Both the position numbers and the translations under genes were made by a program. From assembly GCA_038046805.1 (NCBI GenBank), contig JBBSVO010000007.1, positions 1 through 64,000 on the forward strand: a stretch of 64,000 nt of DNA, read 5' to 3'. Shown in pieces: positions 38,450 through 48,152 of this stretch. Numbering within the stretch: the stretch's first letter is position 1; each line of letters begins with the position of its first letter. The notes beneath the pieces are model-generated. The model saw only the letters and a list, made by a program, of their open reading frames with translations. It was not told the DNA's origin and did not search any database. The stretch comes from Candidatus Micrarchaeota archaeon (lineage in GTDB: Archaea; Micrarchaeota; Micrarchaeia; Anstonellales; Bilamarchaeaceae).

Positions 38450-39358
38450 ATGGTCAATGAATTTAATGGAAAAACCGTTCTTCAAGAGGCACCAGTGCCA
38501 ACTCTCAAGGATATCGTTAGCGTGCTCCTTAATCCGAAACCTGACGAAGCTGAAAAGGCTGCGCAGTACACGGACAAACTCCGAAGTTTACTCGGCAACC
38601 ATAAGATTGGCAGGATGGATATAGTGCTCATATTAGCCGCTTCAATGGAGCCATGCAAAGCAGCGATTAGCATGCTGGGCGAGCTTTTTCCGAACTTAAT
38701 CCCGTTGCGGACAACTGCCGAAGCATGGAAGCTAGTTACAGATAATCCTGGATTTTTGGTCACATTTGAAAAAAGATGCGGACAGCAGGTCTTACGAGAA
38801 GAAAGAAAATCCGTAATGACACTGCGAATGTTCGAGGCGGCGCTATTTTGGAATCCGCAGGAAGGGATATTTTTAACTTATCTACTTGATTCCAGACCAA
38901 AACGTAGCGAAATCGCGCGTTCCAAAGACCAAAGCAGCGGAGTTGATGCGGACGGGTTGTTTTATTCCGAGAGCCGACAAACTGCAGATGGCGAAAGGGC
39001 AACCGGGATTTCGGCAAGGCAGATAGCCGATCCGAACGTTGTTGATAGATTAATGGCTGGTTCTGAAGCAATGGAAGGAAACGAGGAAGTGCGGAAATGG
39101 CTTAACAAAAGATTGGTAACATTAGATGAAAGAGCCGAAAAAGTTTTGAGGATGAGGTTTGGAGTTACAATACCTGAAAATGCAAAACTGCCGAGCAAAG
39201 CGAATTGGGATACGCATCCGACAACTGCCGCAAGGGTCCAACTAGAAGAGTTAAGAATTTTGGACAGATTCAGGAAAAACGGGTTGGAGACAGATGTCCG
39301 AAATTCCGCCGCACGAAATGCCGATGCTGCCAGGAAAAGACGTTTAGCAAGCGGATAA
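38450..39358 (+). CDS. Hypothetical protein with a C-terminal sigma-70 region-4-like segment
   Basis: LDERAEKVLRMRFGV...TAARVQLEELRILDRFR. Confidence 0.6.
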   Translation: MVNEFNGKTVLQEAPVPTLKDIVSVLLNPKPDEAEKAAQYTDKLRSLLGNHKIGRMDIVLILAASMEPCKAAISMLGELFPNLIPLRTTAEAWKLVTDNPGFLVTFEKRCGQQVLREERKSVMTLRMFEAALFWNPQEGIFLTYLLDSRPKRSEIARSKDQSSGVDADGLFYSESRQTADGERATGISARQIADPNVVDRLMAGSEAMEGNEEVRKWLNKRLVTLDERAEKVLRMRFGVTIPENAKLPSKANWDTHPTTAARVQLEELRILDRFRKNGLETDVRNSAARNADAARKRRLASG

Positions 39359-39361
39359 ATC

Positions 39362-40381
39362 TTATTTTAACGCGCCTCTCGGGAAATAGTTCAGCACATG
39401 ATCATGGAATATCGGGAAGGTTTCGTATGTGGAGATTATCTCTCCGAATCTGGTTCTTAATTCAACTAAAAAATCCTGGAATTCCCTGCTTGAAGATACT
39501 TCAACTTCTATTCCGATTCTCCAAAGACCCAAATGCTTGACTACAAATGTTACGTTTGGGTGTTTGAGGAACTCAACCAGTTGTTTTTCTAATTCCGGGC
39601 GATAGGAGTTTATCCCGAAAAAGATCACATGGGTTTCATACCCTAATTTTCTAGGGTGTATCCAAATCCGATACCCCAGAATTACATTGTTTTTTTCCAA
39701 TAGTTTTATCCTATTTTGTATGGTCTTGTAATTGACTTTTAATTTATTTCCTATCTCTAGGGCAGAAAGCCATGCGTTATTTGATAACAACGAAATTATC
39801 CCTTTGTCGAGTTCATCAAGCCTAATTCCAGCATCGTATTTCATCTCGTGAAAAAACTCTGTTCTTTTGACTTCATAATCAGGAAGCAGGTATTGCCTTG
39901 CCTGATCAGTTACGTTTATGTATGTGAGGACCTCGTATCTTTGTACGAACTTACCCCATTCTTCAAGGAATTTTTCAAATATCTTATTGAATGAAAACTG
40001 GTCCTCAACTATAAAATTTATTATGAAATCCCAATTCCCTCCGACTTCCCCTGCCCAAAAAACAGATGGATGGTTTTTCAGATATTCAATAAATTTTTCT
40101 TTTTCTGCTTTATTTATCTTATTAAGCTGAAGAATAATCCTAAACCATCGCTGACCAACAACTGCAGAATCAAAGATAGTAAATGCGCCTAATAACAATC
40201 CCTCTTTTTTCATGCGTTCCAAACGGTATTGAACAACCTGCCTGGATAGTCCAACGCGTTTTGCCAGTTCCTTTATGCCCATTCTGGCGTTCATATCCAA
40301 TTCCCGTATTATCTTGCGGTCTTTTAAGTCGATTTTTGGAATTTTTACTGTTTCGGTTGTATTGATTAAATTCTTTGGCAT
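39362..40381 (-). CDS. Tandem-duplicated Lrp/AsnC-family regulator
   Basis: IDLKDRKIIRELDMNAR and LDELDKGIISLLSNNA units; paralog of 6382..7389. Confidence 0.9.
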   Translation of the reverse strand: MPKNLINTTETVKIPKIDLKDRKIIRELDMNARMGIKELAKRVGLSRQVVQYRLERMKKEGLLLGAFTIFDSAVVGQRWFRIILQLNKINKAEKEKFIEYLKNHPSVFWAGEVGGNWDFIINFIVEDQFSFNKIFEKFLEEWGKFVQRYEVLTYINVTDQARQYLLPDYEVKRTEFFHEMKYDAGIRLDELDKGIISLLSNNAWLSALEIGNKLKVNYKTIQNRIKLLEKNNVILGYRIWIHPRKLGYETHVIFFGINSYRPELEKQLVEFLKHPNVTFVVKHLGLWRIGIEVEVSSSREFQDFLVELRTRFGEIISTYETFPIFHDHVLNYFPRGALK

Positions 40382-40504
40382 AGGTTTACTTATTAGTAAT
40401 ATATTTAATAAATATTCCTGTTTAGCCAGTTTTTTGATAAAATGTTTTAAATATAAGAACTGCCATACAAATACCAGAAACAAACACAATTTGAGGTGAA
40501 ACCT

Positions 40505-41332
40505 ATGCAAAAATTAAAATTGCTGGTTGTTGAAGACAGGGCTGTAAACCTTGCACACGCCCGTGCAGTAATGGATAAACACAAGGACAGAGTAGATGCT
40601 GTTTTTGCAGAAGATTTTGCTACTGCAGAAAGACATCTTAGAACTGGCGGCATTACAGGGATGCTGACGGACATTTTCTTTCCGTATGCAAAGGGAACCG
40701 GAAGGATTGAAACAAGGTTATTCGAAGACGCCAGATTACACTGTTTTACTAATGAAGACTTTGCTGCTGTTGACTTATTGGCAAAAACATTGGGTGAAGA
40801 ACTGCGCGAGCCACTCACTATGGGCACGGCTGATTTGATCGAAATAGATGCCCAACTCTCTAAACGTCTGTGCGGAATCTTATCATCCGAAAACTGCTCT
40901 GATGAATCAATGGAAGCATTGCGTTCTTTGCGCCCTCTTAGAACTGCATTAATGACGTTACAATATTATAGATCGGGAGTTCCCGAATGGAAAAGAGAGC
41001 TGGATTCATTAGATGCGGATTTGAAAAGTGGTGACGAATCAAGACAACCGTGCGGAATATTGACAATGCGGATAGCTTATGAAATGGGAATACCGTTTAT
41101 CGCTGTCTCGTCATTGCACGCAGCACATGGCAGCAGCGCAAGCCCGGTTTATAACCTATTAAGGTCAGAGGGTATTCTAACTGAGTTGCAAGTTATCGAG
41201 ACTGGGGGTTATGGCCACAGGGGAAGCACAGAAGAAAGCGAGCAAGCAGGGCATATCAAGGATGAAAACGTTTGGATGAAGGCACTTGTCGGCTTATTGG
41301 AAAGAATAGAAAAACCAGATTCGACAAAATGA
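40505..41332 (+). CDS. Receiver (REC)-like protein with a large insertion
   Basis: KLLVVED, MLTDIFFP, G......GIPFIAVSS; GAGGTGA RBS. Confidence 0.6.
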   Translation: MQKLKLLVVEDRAVNLAHARAVMDKHKDRVDAVFAEDFATAERHLRTGGITGMLTDIFFPYAKGTGRIETRLFEDARLHCFTNEDFAAVDLLAKTLGEELREPLTMGTADLIEIDAQLSKRLCGILSSENCSDESMEALRSLRPLRTALMTLQYYRSGVPEWKRELDSLDADLKSGDESRQPCGILTMRIAYEMGIPFIAVSSLHAAHGSSASPVYNLLRSEGILTELQVIETGGYGHRGSTEESEQAGHIKDENVWMKALVGLLERIEKPDSTK

Positions 41333-41374
41333 AAACATCAAACATTTCCGCACCACTGATTTTTTCCTTTTTTT

Positions 41375-42655
41375 CTAAAGCACCCTGCGTTTTACCATTG
41401 TCTGTCCTATTATTGCAAGGAAAACGAATGCCGGGACTGCTACAACATTTCCAAAAACAGCCAGCGTATCCTTTGTGACAAGAAAACCTCTTTTGAATTT
41501 TTTGAGATGCACTGCATCGCTTGCGTTTATATTGTTCTGCCATTTTACCTCAACAGGCATAAGTTCCCCGCTGATTTCGCAGAGAAAATCCACTTCCCCT
41601 TTCTTGTCACGATAGAAATGAAGATTGTCACATATCCTAAGAAGATGCGACCCGACAATATCCTCGATTATCTTGGATTCCTCCATGCGTGAAGAAAGCG
41701 CCTCTGTGAAGAACGGATCCAGGAATATGAATTTCTTCTCTTTTTTCATATCAGGGCTGTTTGAGGAAAGACTGTAATTATAGATGAGTTTACCAAGTAA
41801 GCCTGCTTCGAAAAAAGACAGGTAAGACTCAACAGTATGATGCGATTTTATGCTGGTTTCGTTGGATATACCAAGAAAATCAAAAGTTGTCTTTTCTCCA
41901 AGTCTGGCTATTATCTCCTTTGCATACCGCTGTGATTTTCCATGTCTTGCCATTAGTCCCTCTACCCATCTTGCATATCTTTCTCTGGAAAGCTCCCTAT
42001 CGATATTCCATACTGGTGGCAGGCCGCCATTCCTAACATATGTAATAAATGCCTTTCTGAGCGTTTCACCAACGTACAATTTTTTAGCGCTCGCAATATC
42101 AAAATCCAAAATTCCAGTTTGTTTTTCAGTGCAGTGAGAGCAATCCCTGAAGGAATACGGGTAAAAAATCTGCTCGTTGCCTTCAACAAACCTGCCGGGC
42201 AGTCTTTCCCCTCCTTGTTTTAGATCTATAGAAGATGAACCGGTTATAATCAAAAGGTCTTTATCAGATATCTTTCCGGCATCAACAAGATATTTTATTT
42301 TCGTTGCCCATTTTGCATCCTCTGTTGCTTCATCTATGATCATGCATCTGTTTCCGGATTCTGAAAAATCAAGATATTCTCGTATTGCATCATCTATCGG
42401 ATAACCGCTTTCTGCACTGAAATAAAAAACACCTTCCGGTTTGCCAGTACTAAGTTTTTCCATTATAAGATTTTTTGCTAGCGTGGTTTTTCCAACCTGC
42501 CGTGGCCCGCGGATTATATGCACCCCTTTTTTTGGGGTAAATGCCGGAAGGGAAAACCTCACATTTGCATTCATGTAATTGTGTATGTCCTTATCTTGTG
42601 TTATCGCATTCTTGTCTTCCCACCATGGATTTTGCTCGATGAGTATCCTGTTCAT
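41375..42655 (-). CDS. AAA+ ATPase, AAA_14/DUF4143 family, with a C-terminal PD-(D/E)xK-like domain
   Basis: QNPWW, GPRQVGKTT, IIDE, ITGSS, GGLP, EVDF...PVEVKW. Confidence 0.92.
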   Translation of the reverse strand: MNRILIEQNPWWEDKNAITQDKDIHNYMNANVRFSLPAFTPKKGVHIIRGPRQVGKTTLAKNLIMEKLSTGKPEGVFYFSAESGYPIDDAIREYLDFSESGNRCMIIDEATEDAKWATKIKYLVDAGKISDKDLLIITGSSSIDLKQGGERLPGRFVEGNEQIFYPYSFRDCSHCTEKQTGILDFDIASAKKLYVGETLRKAFITYVRNGGLPPVWNIDRELSRERYARWVEGLMARHGKSQRYAKEIIARLGEKTTFDFLGISNETSIKSHHTVESYLSFFEAGLLGKLIYNYSLSSNSPDMKKEKKFIFLDPFFTEALSSRMEESKIIEDIVGSHLLRICDNLHFYRDKKGEVDFLCEISGELMPVEVKWQNNINASDAVHLKKFKRGFLVTKDTLAVFGNVVAVPAFVFLAIIGQTMVKRRVL

Positions 42656-42745
42656 GGCATTCCATTGCCACGCAGTATTTAAATAGGTTGGCATCACGTT
42701 GCCATGAAGTAGTTAAATGCATTGACATTTGCCAAGAAAAACAGT

Positions 42746-44341
42746 TTAGTGCCTAAAATGCCTTATCCCTGTAAAAACCATCGCCATTCCATGTTCGTCT
42801 GCCGCAGCAATTACTTCCTGGTCTTTGATTGAACCGCCTGGCTGGATTACGCACGTAACTCCACGCTTTGCCGCCTCATCTATTCCATCGCGGAACGGAA
42901 AAAACGCATCAGAAGCCATTGCGCATCCTTTTACAGTATCGCCATAGCTCTCTGCAATCATTGCTGCAAGCCTTGCTGCATCAACCCGTTTCATCTGTCC
43001 CGCACCAATGCCAACAGCCCGATTATCGCGGGCATAAATAATCGAATTTGAACGGACATATTTGCAAACAGTCCATGCGTAAAGTAAATCTTTCATTTCC
43101 TGCGCAGTTGGTTTTCTTTTGGTTACGACCTTCAGGTTTTTCTCATCCAATAATTCAGTATCAGCATCTTGTACTAAGAATCCACCAACAACAGAGCGGT
43201 AATCTGGGAACGAATCGCGTTTTATCGGAAGTTTGAGCTCGCCCATCTCAATAAGGCGAAGATTTTTTTTCTTTGCAGCAAATACTGTGCGTGCCGCATC
43301 GTTAAAGTGCGGTGCAACAATAACTTCGTAGAACCGCTCGCAGATTAGGTTCGCAAGCCCGGCATCTTCCACACTGCGGTTAAATGCAATCACTCCGCCA
43401 AATGCAGCTTCACTATCAACTGCTAGCGCTTTTTTGTAGGATTCAAAGAGCTTCGCATCGGTTGCAACCCCGCACGGATTATTATGCTTTACGATAACCG
43501 TGGTCGGCTCTGCAAATTCTTTAACCAGCTCAAACGCCGAGTTTATATCCAATATGTTGTTGAACGAAAGTTCCTTTCCCTGAAGGCATTTTCCGTTTGA
43601 AACACATGGATCGCGTTTGTGGTTGTCTAAATAGAATGCGGCAGTCTGATGGGAATTCTCACCATATCTCATGTTCTGGATTTTCTTGAATGAGAGATTG
43701 AGATATTCGGGATATTTCAGTGCACCTTCTTTGCTGCCATTGCTGAACTCCTTTCGTAAATACTGCTCAATGACTACGTCATAATGCGCAACATGTTCGA
43801 ATGCCTCAAGCGCGAGTTGTTTGCGGGTCTGCTCGGACAGACTGTTTTTTTCTTTTTTTAGTTCCGCAATAACGCTTTCGTAGCGTTTCGGATTAACAAC
43901 AACTCCTACAGACGCGTAATTCTTTGCCGCAGAACGGACGAGTGTAGGGCCGCCGATATCGATGTTTTCAATCGCTTCCTCAAGCGTAACTACATCTTTT
44001 CCGTCCTTCGCAGTCACCTGCTCAAAAGGATAAAGATTAACTACAACCAGATCGATTAATTCGATTTTGTTCCGCTTTGCTTCTTCGATATGTGCCTTCT
44101 TTGATCGATCCGCGAGTATTGCACCATGAATTTTCGGATGAAGTGTTTTTACCCGCCCGCTCATCATTTCCGGAAAACCGGTAACGTCCGAAACTTCAAC
44201 AACCTTAACTCCTGATTTAGCAAGTTCCCTGGCAGTCCCTCCGCTGGAAACGATTTCAATTCCCATTGCGGAAAGCTCTTTTGCGAATTCAACTATTCCG
44301 GTCTTGTCGAAGACACTGACTAAGGCACGTTGAATTTTCAT
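42746..44341 (-). CDS. purH: Bifunctional AICAR transformylase/IMP cyclohydrolase
   Basis: [47 protein letters not shown]. Confidence 0.98.
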   Translation of the reverse strand: MKIQRALVSVFDKTGIVEFAKELSAMGIEIVSSGGTARELAKSGVKVVEVSDVTGFPEMMSGRVKTLHPKIHGAILADRSKKAHIEEAKRNKIELIDLVVVNLYPFEQVTAKDGKDVVTLEEAIENIDIGGPTLVRSAAKNYASVGVVVNPKRYESVIAELKKEKNSLSEQTRKQLALEAFEHVAHYDVVIEQYLRKEFSNGSKEGALKYPEYLNLSFKKIQNMRYGENSHQTAAFYLDNHKRDPCVSNGKCLQGKELSFNNILDINSAFELVKEFAEPTTVIVKHNNPCGVATDAKLFESYKKALAVDSEAAFGGVIAFNRSVEDAGLANLICERFYEVIVAPHFNDAARTVFAAKKKNLRLIEMGELKLPIKRDSFPDYRSVVGGFLVQDADTELLDEKNLKVVTKRKPTAQEMKDLLYAWTVCKYVRSNSIIYARDNRAVGIGAGQMKRVDAARLAAMIAESYGDTVKGCAMASDAFFPFRDGIDEAAKRGVTCVIQPGGSIKDQEVIAAADEHGMAMVFTGIRHFRH

Positions 44342-44344
44342 ATT

Positions 44345-44418
44345 AGAACCAGTTATTATAAGATATTTGAAAGGGTATAAAAAGGATGTGGAAAACAGAA
44401 CTAGTTATTATAAGATAT
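44345..44418. repeat. 22-bp direct repeat pair with one mismatch
   Basis: AGAAC(C/T)AGTTATTATAAGATAT at 44345-66 and 44397-418. Confidence 0.75.
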
Positions 44419-44487
44419 GGATAGAATAAATCTCATGAATATATATATTTAAACACTTGGGTCAAAAAGAATAGTTAAGTGATTTGT

Positions 44488-44784
44488 ATGAATTCTCATA
44501 GGTATGCAGATAAACCCCGGAGTAATGGCGGTCAACCGCAAAGGCCATTAAGAGAGATAAGAAAATTAGCTGTATGGACATTATATGCTCAAAATCAAGC
44601 AGATAAAAGGCAAGAGGCAGAAGATATTGCTTTGAGATTTACAGATATAACTATTCAAGCTGCAGAAGCAGAACTAGGTCGTTTAACACAACGGTATCGC
44701 ATGGATCGAGAGATGAGAACGCGTTATCAGGTGCATTCGCCAGCCTTGCGTCAATGTATGAAGGAAAAAGGATGGAGTTTATGA
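44488..44784 (+). CDS. Hypothetical protein
   Basis: About 98-aa ORF downstream of a TATA-like box. Confidence 0.55.
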   Translation: MNSHRYADKPRSNGGQPQRPLREIRKLAVWTLYAQNQADKRQEAEDIALRFTDITIQAAEAELGRLTQRYRMDREMRTRYQVHSPALRQCMKEKGWSL

Positions 44785-44831
44785 ACAAAGCAGCACAACA
44801 GTTTGCGCAACTTTAACTCTTCAGGAGCTAC

Positions 44832-45164
44832 TCAAATAAGATGGAAACCAGTTAGATAAAGCAAAAAACTCGTATTTTCACTTACTTTAAGCGCATGGAC
44901 CTGATTTGATTTCATATGAATGAAGACTCCTGGAGCCATTGCAACGCGTTTTGCACCAAGTTTGAATGTCCCTTTTCCCTCCAGCACAAGAATTACCGCC
45001 TCTTTTGTGGAGGTATGCTCGGAAAGCGCAGTTCCTTTTGCCATGCAGAATAAAGTAACATCCAACGAAGGAGAACGAACAAGCTCCTTGCTGGTGATTC
45101 CACCTTTTGAATAGGAAATTGATCCGTAGATATTTGCTAAATTTTTTGACAAAATAACCACCAA
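44832..45164 (-). CDS. Cupin domain protein
   Basis: TLF.M.KG..LSEH, VLEG.G, HAL. Confidence 0.88.
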   Translation of the reverse strand: MVVILSKNLANIYGSISYSKGGITSKELVRSPSLDVTLFCMAKGTALSEHTSTKEAVILVLEGKGTFKLGAKRVAMAPGVFIHMKSNQVHALKVSENTSFLLYLTGFHLI

Positions 45165-45200
45165 ACAACGATATAATGTAATCAGATTTTGCGATAGACC

Positions 45201-46160
45201 TTATTTTTTGTGCGCAGCCCCAACCAGCTCTGACAATGAACTGACTTTATGCGCACTTAACCATTCTTCCATTTCCTTTGAAATTAGCGAGAATGCTTTT
45301 GCACCGCGATAATATGTTGCAGTTCCAACTCCAACTGCACTTGCACCGGCCATGAGCATTTCTATTGCATCCTTTCCATAGGTTACCCCGCCAGTTCCAA
45401 TTATTGGGATTTTCACGGATTGATAAATATCGTAAACACAGCGAACTGCGATTGGGCGGATTGCAGGACCGGTAAGCCCTCCACAACCAAAACTCAGAAC
45501 CGGCGAGCGGCGTTCAATATCTATAACCATCCCCGGCCCGACGCTATTTCCCATGTTTATCGCAGCTGCACCGGAACGCTCGGCTGCCTTTGCAACTTCG
45601 CCTAGAGCGGAAATGTTCGGAGACAATTTTGCAATTAGCGGAACCGAATCTGGAATGATTGAACGGACAACACGGACTATTTCCCCTGTTGATTCCGGAG
45701 TATTCTGACCAGCCATTGTTCCGTAACCAGGAGTATGAGGACACGACAATGCGAGTTCAAGCGCGGATATTTTCAAACTGCCGCCAGCAATTGCAGATTT
45801 TATTTTTTCCGCAATCGCCCGAAACTCTTCTACATCCTTTCCTGCAATATTGAAAATTAGTGGTGCACCGGCCTTTGCCACATCCCAATCTGAAAATTCG
45901 CTTATTGCCGCACCAATTCCTGGATTTGTAATTCCAACTGCATTGATAAAACCGCTCGGGGTTTCGGAAAGAACAGGAGTTTCATGACCTTTTCTTGGCA
46001 AAAGAGTTGTTGATTTGGTAGTAACCGCACCAACACCATTTTTCGCTGCAGTTTCTAGAGAATTTTTTGTTCCAGAAGTAATACCAGATGCAAGAATAAG
46101 TGGATTTCTTAGTTTTGTTCCGAAAACGTGAACCGATAGGTCTATTGTTGTTTTGCTCAT
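45201..46160 (-). CDS. pyrD: Dihydroorotate dehydrogenase (family 1)
   Basis: NPLILASG, TKSTT, NAVG..NPG, SCPH, KLSPN, GGLTGPAIRP, IIGTGG. Confidence 0.95.
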   Translation of the reverse strand: MSKTTIDLSVHVFGTKLRNPLILASGITSGTKNSLETAAKNGVGAVTTKSTTLLPRKGHETPVLSETPSGFINAVGITNPGIGAAISEFSDWDVAKAGAPLIFNIAGKDVEEFRAIAEKIKSAIAGGSLKISALELALSCPHTPGYGTMAGQNTPESTGEIVRVVRSIIPDSVPLIAKLSPNISALGEVAKAAERSGAAAINMGNSVGPGMVIDIERRSPVLSFGCGGLTGPAIRPIAVRCVYDIYQSVKIPIIGTGGVTYGKDAIEMLMAGASAVGVGTATYYRGAKAFSLISKEMEEWLSAHKVSSLSELVGAAHKK

Positions 46161-46228
46161 GTATATCAGAATATTTACCTTCGTATCCGTTTTTATCCCT
46201 TGTCATTCTATATTATAATGGTGCTAAT

Positions 46229-46828
46229 ATGGCAACCATGACGGTTCCTGTTCCAGGTATGGACACTCTTCTTTCTTCTGTGATGCCATACGCTGTGCCA
46301 ACACTAATTGCACTTCTTATTATGGGCATTATCTATGCACTTTTGCGAAACCTTAAACTAATTATTGGTCTTGCGATAGTCTTCGCTCTCCTTGCTTCTA
46401 TGGGCGTGATTCCGCAATGGACGCCTAACATAAATCTTTCAAGTTTACCGGCAACCGTACAGGGTGGACAACTACAAACCACACCAACGCAGACCAACCA
46501 ACTTTCAGTAAATGTTGAGGAAGTTGTGATTGGAGTCCCCAGTGGAAATAAAATAATTGAAACAAGAACATTTGACAAGAATGCTCCTTTGATAAAAGCG
46601 ATTGTAAAATACAAAAACGCAGTCATATTTGAAACAATGGACATTGCATTGAAGCACCTTCAAAGCGGAAAAATAATTGGAATAAAAAACGCAGTATTAT
46701 TGGATAAAAATTCTCAGTTTGATGTAGAATTCCCTGAGCCAAAAGGAGGCTGGGAAATAGGGGATTATGCACTAATTGTAGCAAAAGATGGGAAAGAACT
46801 ATATAGCGGGGCGATTACGGTAGTCTAG
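46229..46828 (+). CDS. Membrane-anchored protein with two TM helices and a beta-rich C-terminal domain
   Basis: Two hydrophobic helices, then a T/Q linker and an Ig-like-looking tail (GGWEIGDY). Confidence 0.7.
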   Translation: MATMTVPVPGMDTLLSSVMPYAVPTLIALLIMGIIYALLRNLKLIIGLAIVFALLASMGVIPQWTPNINLSSLPATVQGGQLQTTPTQTNQLSVNVEEVVIGVPSGNKIIETRTFDKNAPLIKAIVKYKNAVIFETMDIALKHLQSGKIIGIKNAVLLDKNSQFDVEFPEPKGGWEIGDYALIVAKDGKELYSGAITVV

Positions 46829-46857
46829 TTTAATCCCTTCGGAATGGTGACCACAAA

Positions 46858-47934
46858 ATGAAATTTTCATTGGGAGATATTCTGCTCATCTTTATCCCTA
46901 TTTCCGCATTTCTTTATTTCGGCGCATTTCCACCAATTTATGTATTCGCCGCATCGGTTCTGGCGCTTATTGCATTATCAGCGAAATTAGGGGAAGCAAC
47001 CGAAGAAATTGCAAAGCACGTGGGGGAAAACGCAGGTGCACTGCTTAATGCAACATTTGGAAACGCAACTGAACTTATTATCGCCCTGATTGCGATAAAA
47101 GAGGGTCTTTTTGAAGTGGTCAAGGCTTCGATAACCGGTTCGATTATCGGAAACATGTTGTTTGTCCTTGGCGCAAGTCTTCTTGTTGGAGGCTTAAAGT
47201 ACAAACAAATGAAATTTAATCCTCATGCCGCGGGAATGAATGCAAGCATGTTGTTGATTGCTGTCTTTGCATTGATGATTCCTTCAATATTCTTCAATGT
47301 TGGCGGAACAATTGGTGCAGATGGGACAACAACTCCTATTCACAAGGAAAATCTTGAGGCATTGAGTATTGGAATAAGCGTTCTGGTTATTTTGGTGTAC
47401 CTTCTTTCACTTATATTCTCGTTCAAAACCCATTCGTATTTATTCCGCACGAAAGAAGAGGCAGGTGTAGAAAAGAAATGGAGCAAAGAAATGGCAACTG
47501 CTGTGCTGGTCGTTTCCACAATTCTAATTGCAGGAGTGGCTGAAATATTCATCTCGTCAATAGAACCGATAATCCATGAATTCAAACTTCCGGAAATATT
47601 CGTCGGTGCAATCGTAATTGCGATGGTCGGCAATGCCGCGGAGCATATGACCGCGGTGATGTTCGCTTTGAAAAATAAAATCGACATGAGCATATCTATT
47701 ACGATCGGCTCATCAATACAGATTGCAATGTTTATTGCGCCTCTCCTTGTTCTTGTTTCCGCAGGAATGGGAAAGCCTATGGATCTGGCATTCAACATAT
47801 TTGAAGTGTTGGCAGTTTTCGCTTCGGTGCTGATTGTGAATGAGCTTACATCAGATGGGGAAACGAATTGGTTTGAAGGAGCACAATTGCTGGTTGCATA
47901 TCTGATTCTCGCTGTGATGTTCTTTTTACTGTGA
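46858..47934 (+). CDS. cax: Ca2+/H+ exchanger (CAX family)
   Basis: [11 protein letters not shown] and GNAAEH alpha-repeats, [16 protein letters not shown]. Confidence 0.96.
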   Translation: MKFSLGDILLIFIPISAFLYFGAFPPIYVFAASVLALIALSAKLGEATEEIAKHVGENAGALLNATFGNATELIIALIAIKEGLFEVVKASITGSIIGNMLFVLGASLLVGGLKYKQMKFNPHAAGMNASMLLIAVFALMIPSIFFNVGGTIGADGTTTPIHKENLEALSIGISVLVILVYLLSLIFSFKTHSYLFRTKEEAGVEKKWSKEMATAVLVVSTILIAGVAEIFISSIEPIIHEFKLPEIFVGAIVIAMVGNAAEHMTAVMFALKNKIDMSISITIGSSIQIAMFIAPLLVLVSAGMGKPMDLAFNIFEVLAVFASVLIVNELTSDGETNWFEGAQLLVAYLILAVMFFLL

Positions 47935-47953
47935 AGAATGCAGACTAGGACGA

Positions 47954-48122
47954 TGTCAAAAACCACCAGTCAAAGACTGGTAACGTGGTTTGCCTAGCAA
48001 ATTTAACGTTTTTATACCCTAGGCAAACCGCGTTAGGTGGCTTGTTTATTTTTGACAGGTAGATATTCCACTAGAACTGTGTTTCTCGGGTGACCACCAG
48101 TTACAAACTGGTGGAATATCTA
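47954..48122. repeat. Nested palindromic REP/PATE-like element cluster
   Basis: Several nested inverted repeats and two CCACCAGT..ACTGGTGG-type hairpins. Confidence 0.65.
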
Positions 48123-48152
48123 GATTTTAAACCTTAACCGCAATAATCGCAC

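Noticed and set aside
44345..44418. Mini-CRISPR (22-bp repeats with a 30-bp spacer)
   Set aside because: Only two units, no cas genes, and the spacer holds the likely purH TATA box. Treated as a direct repeat.
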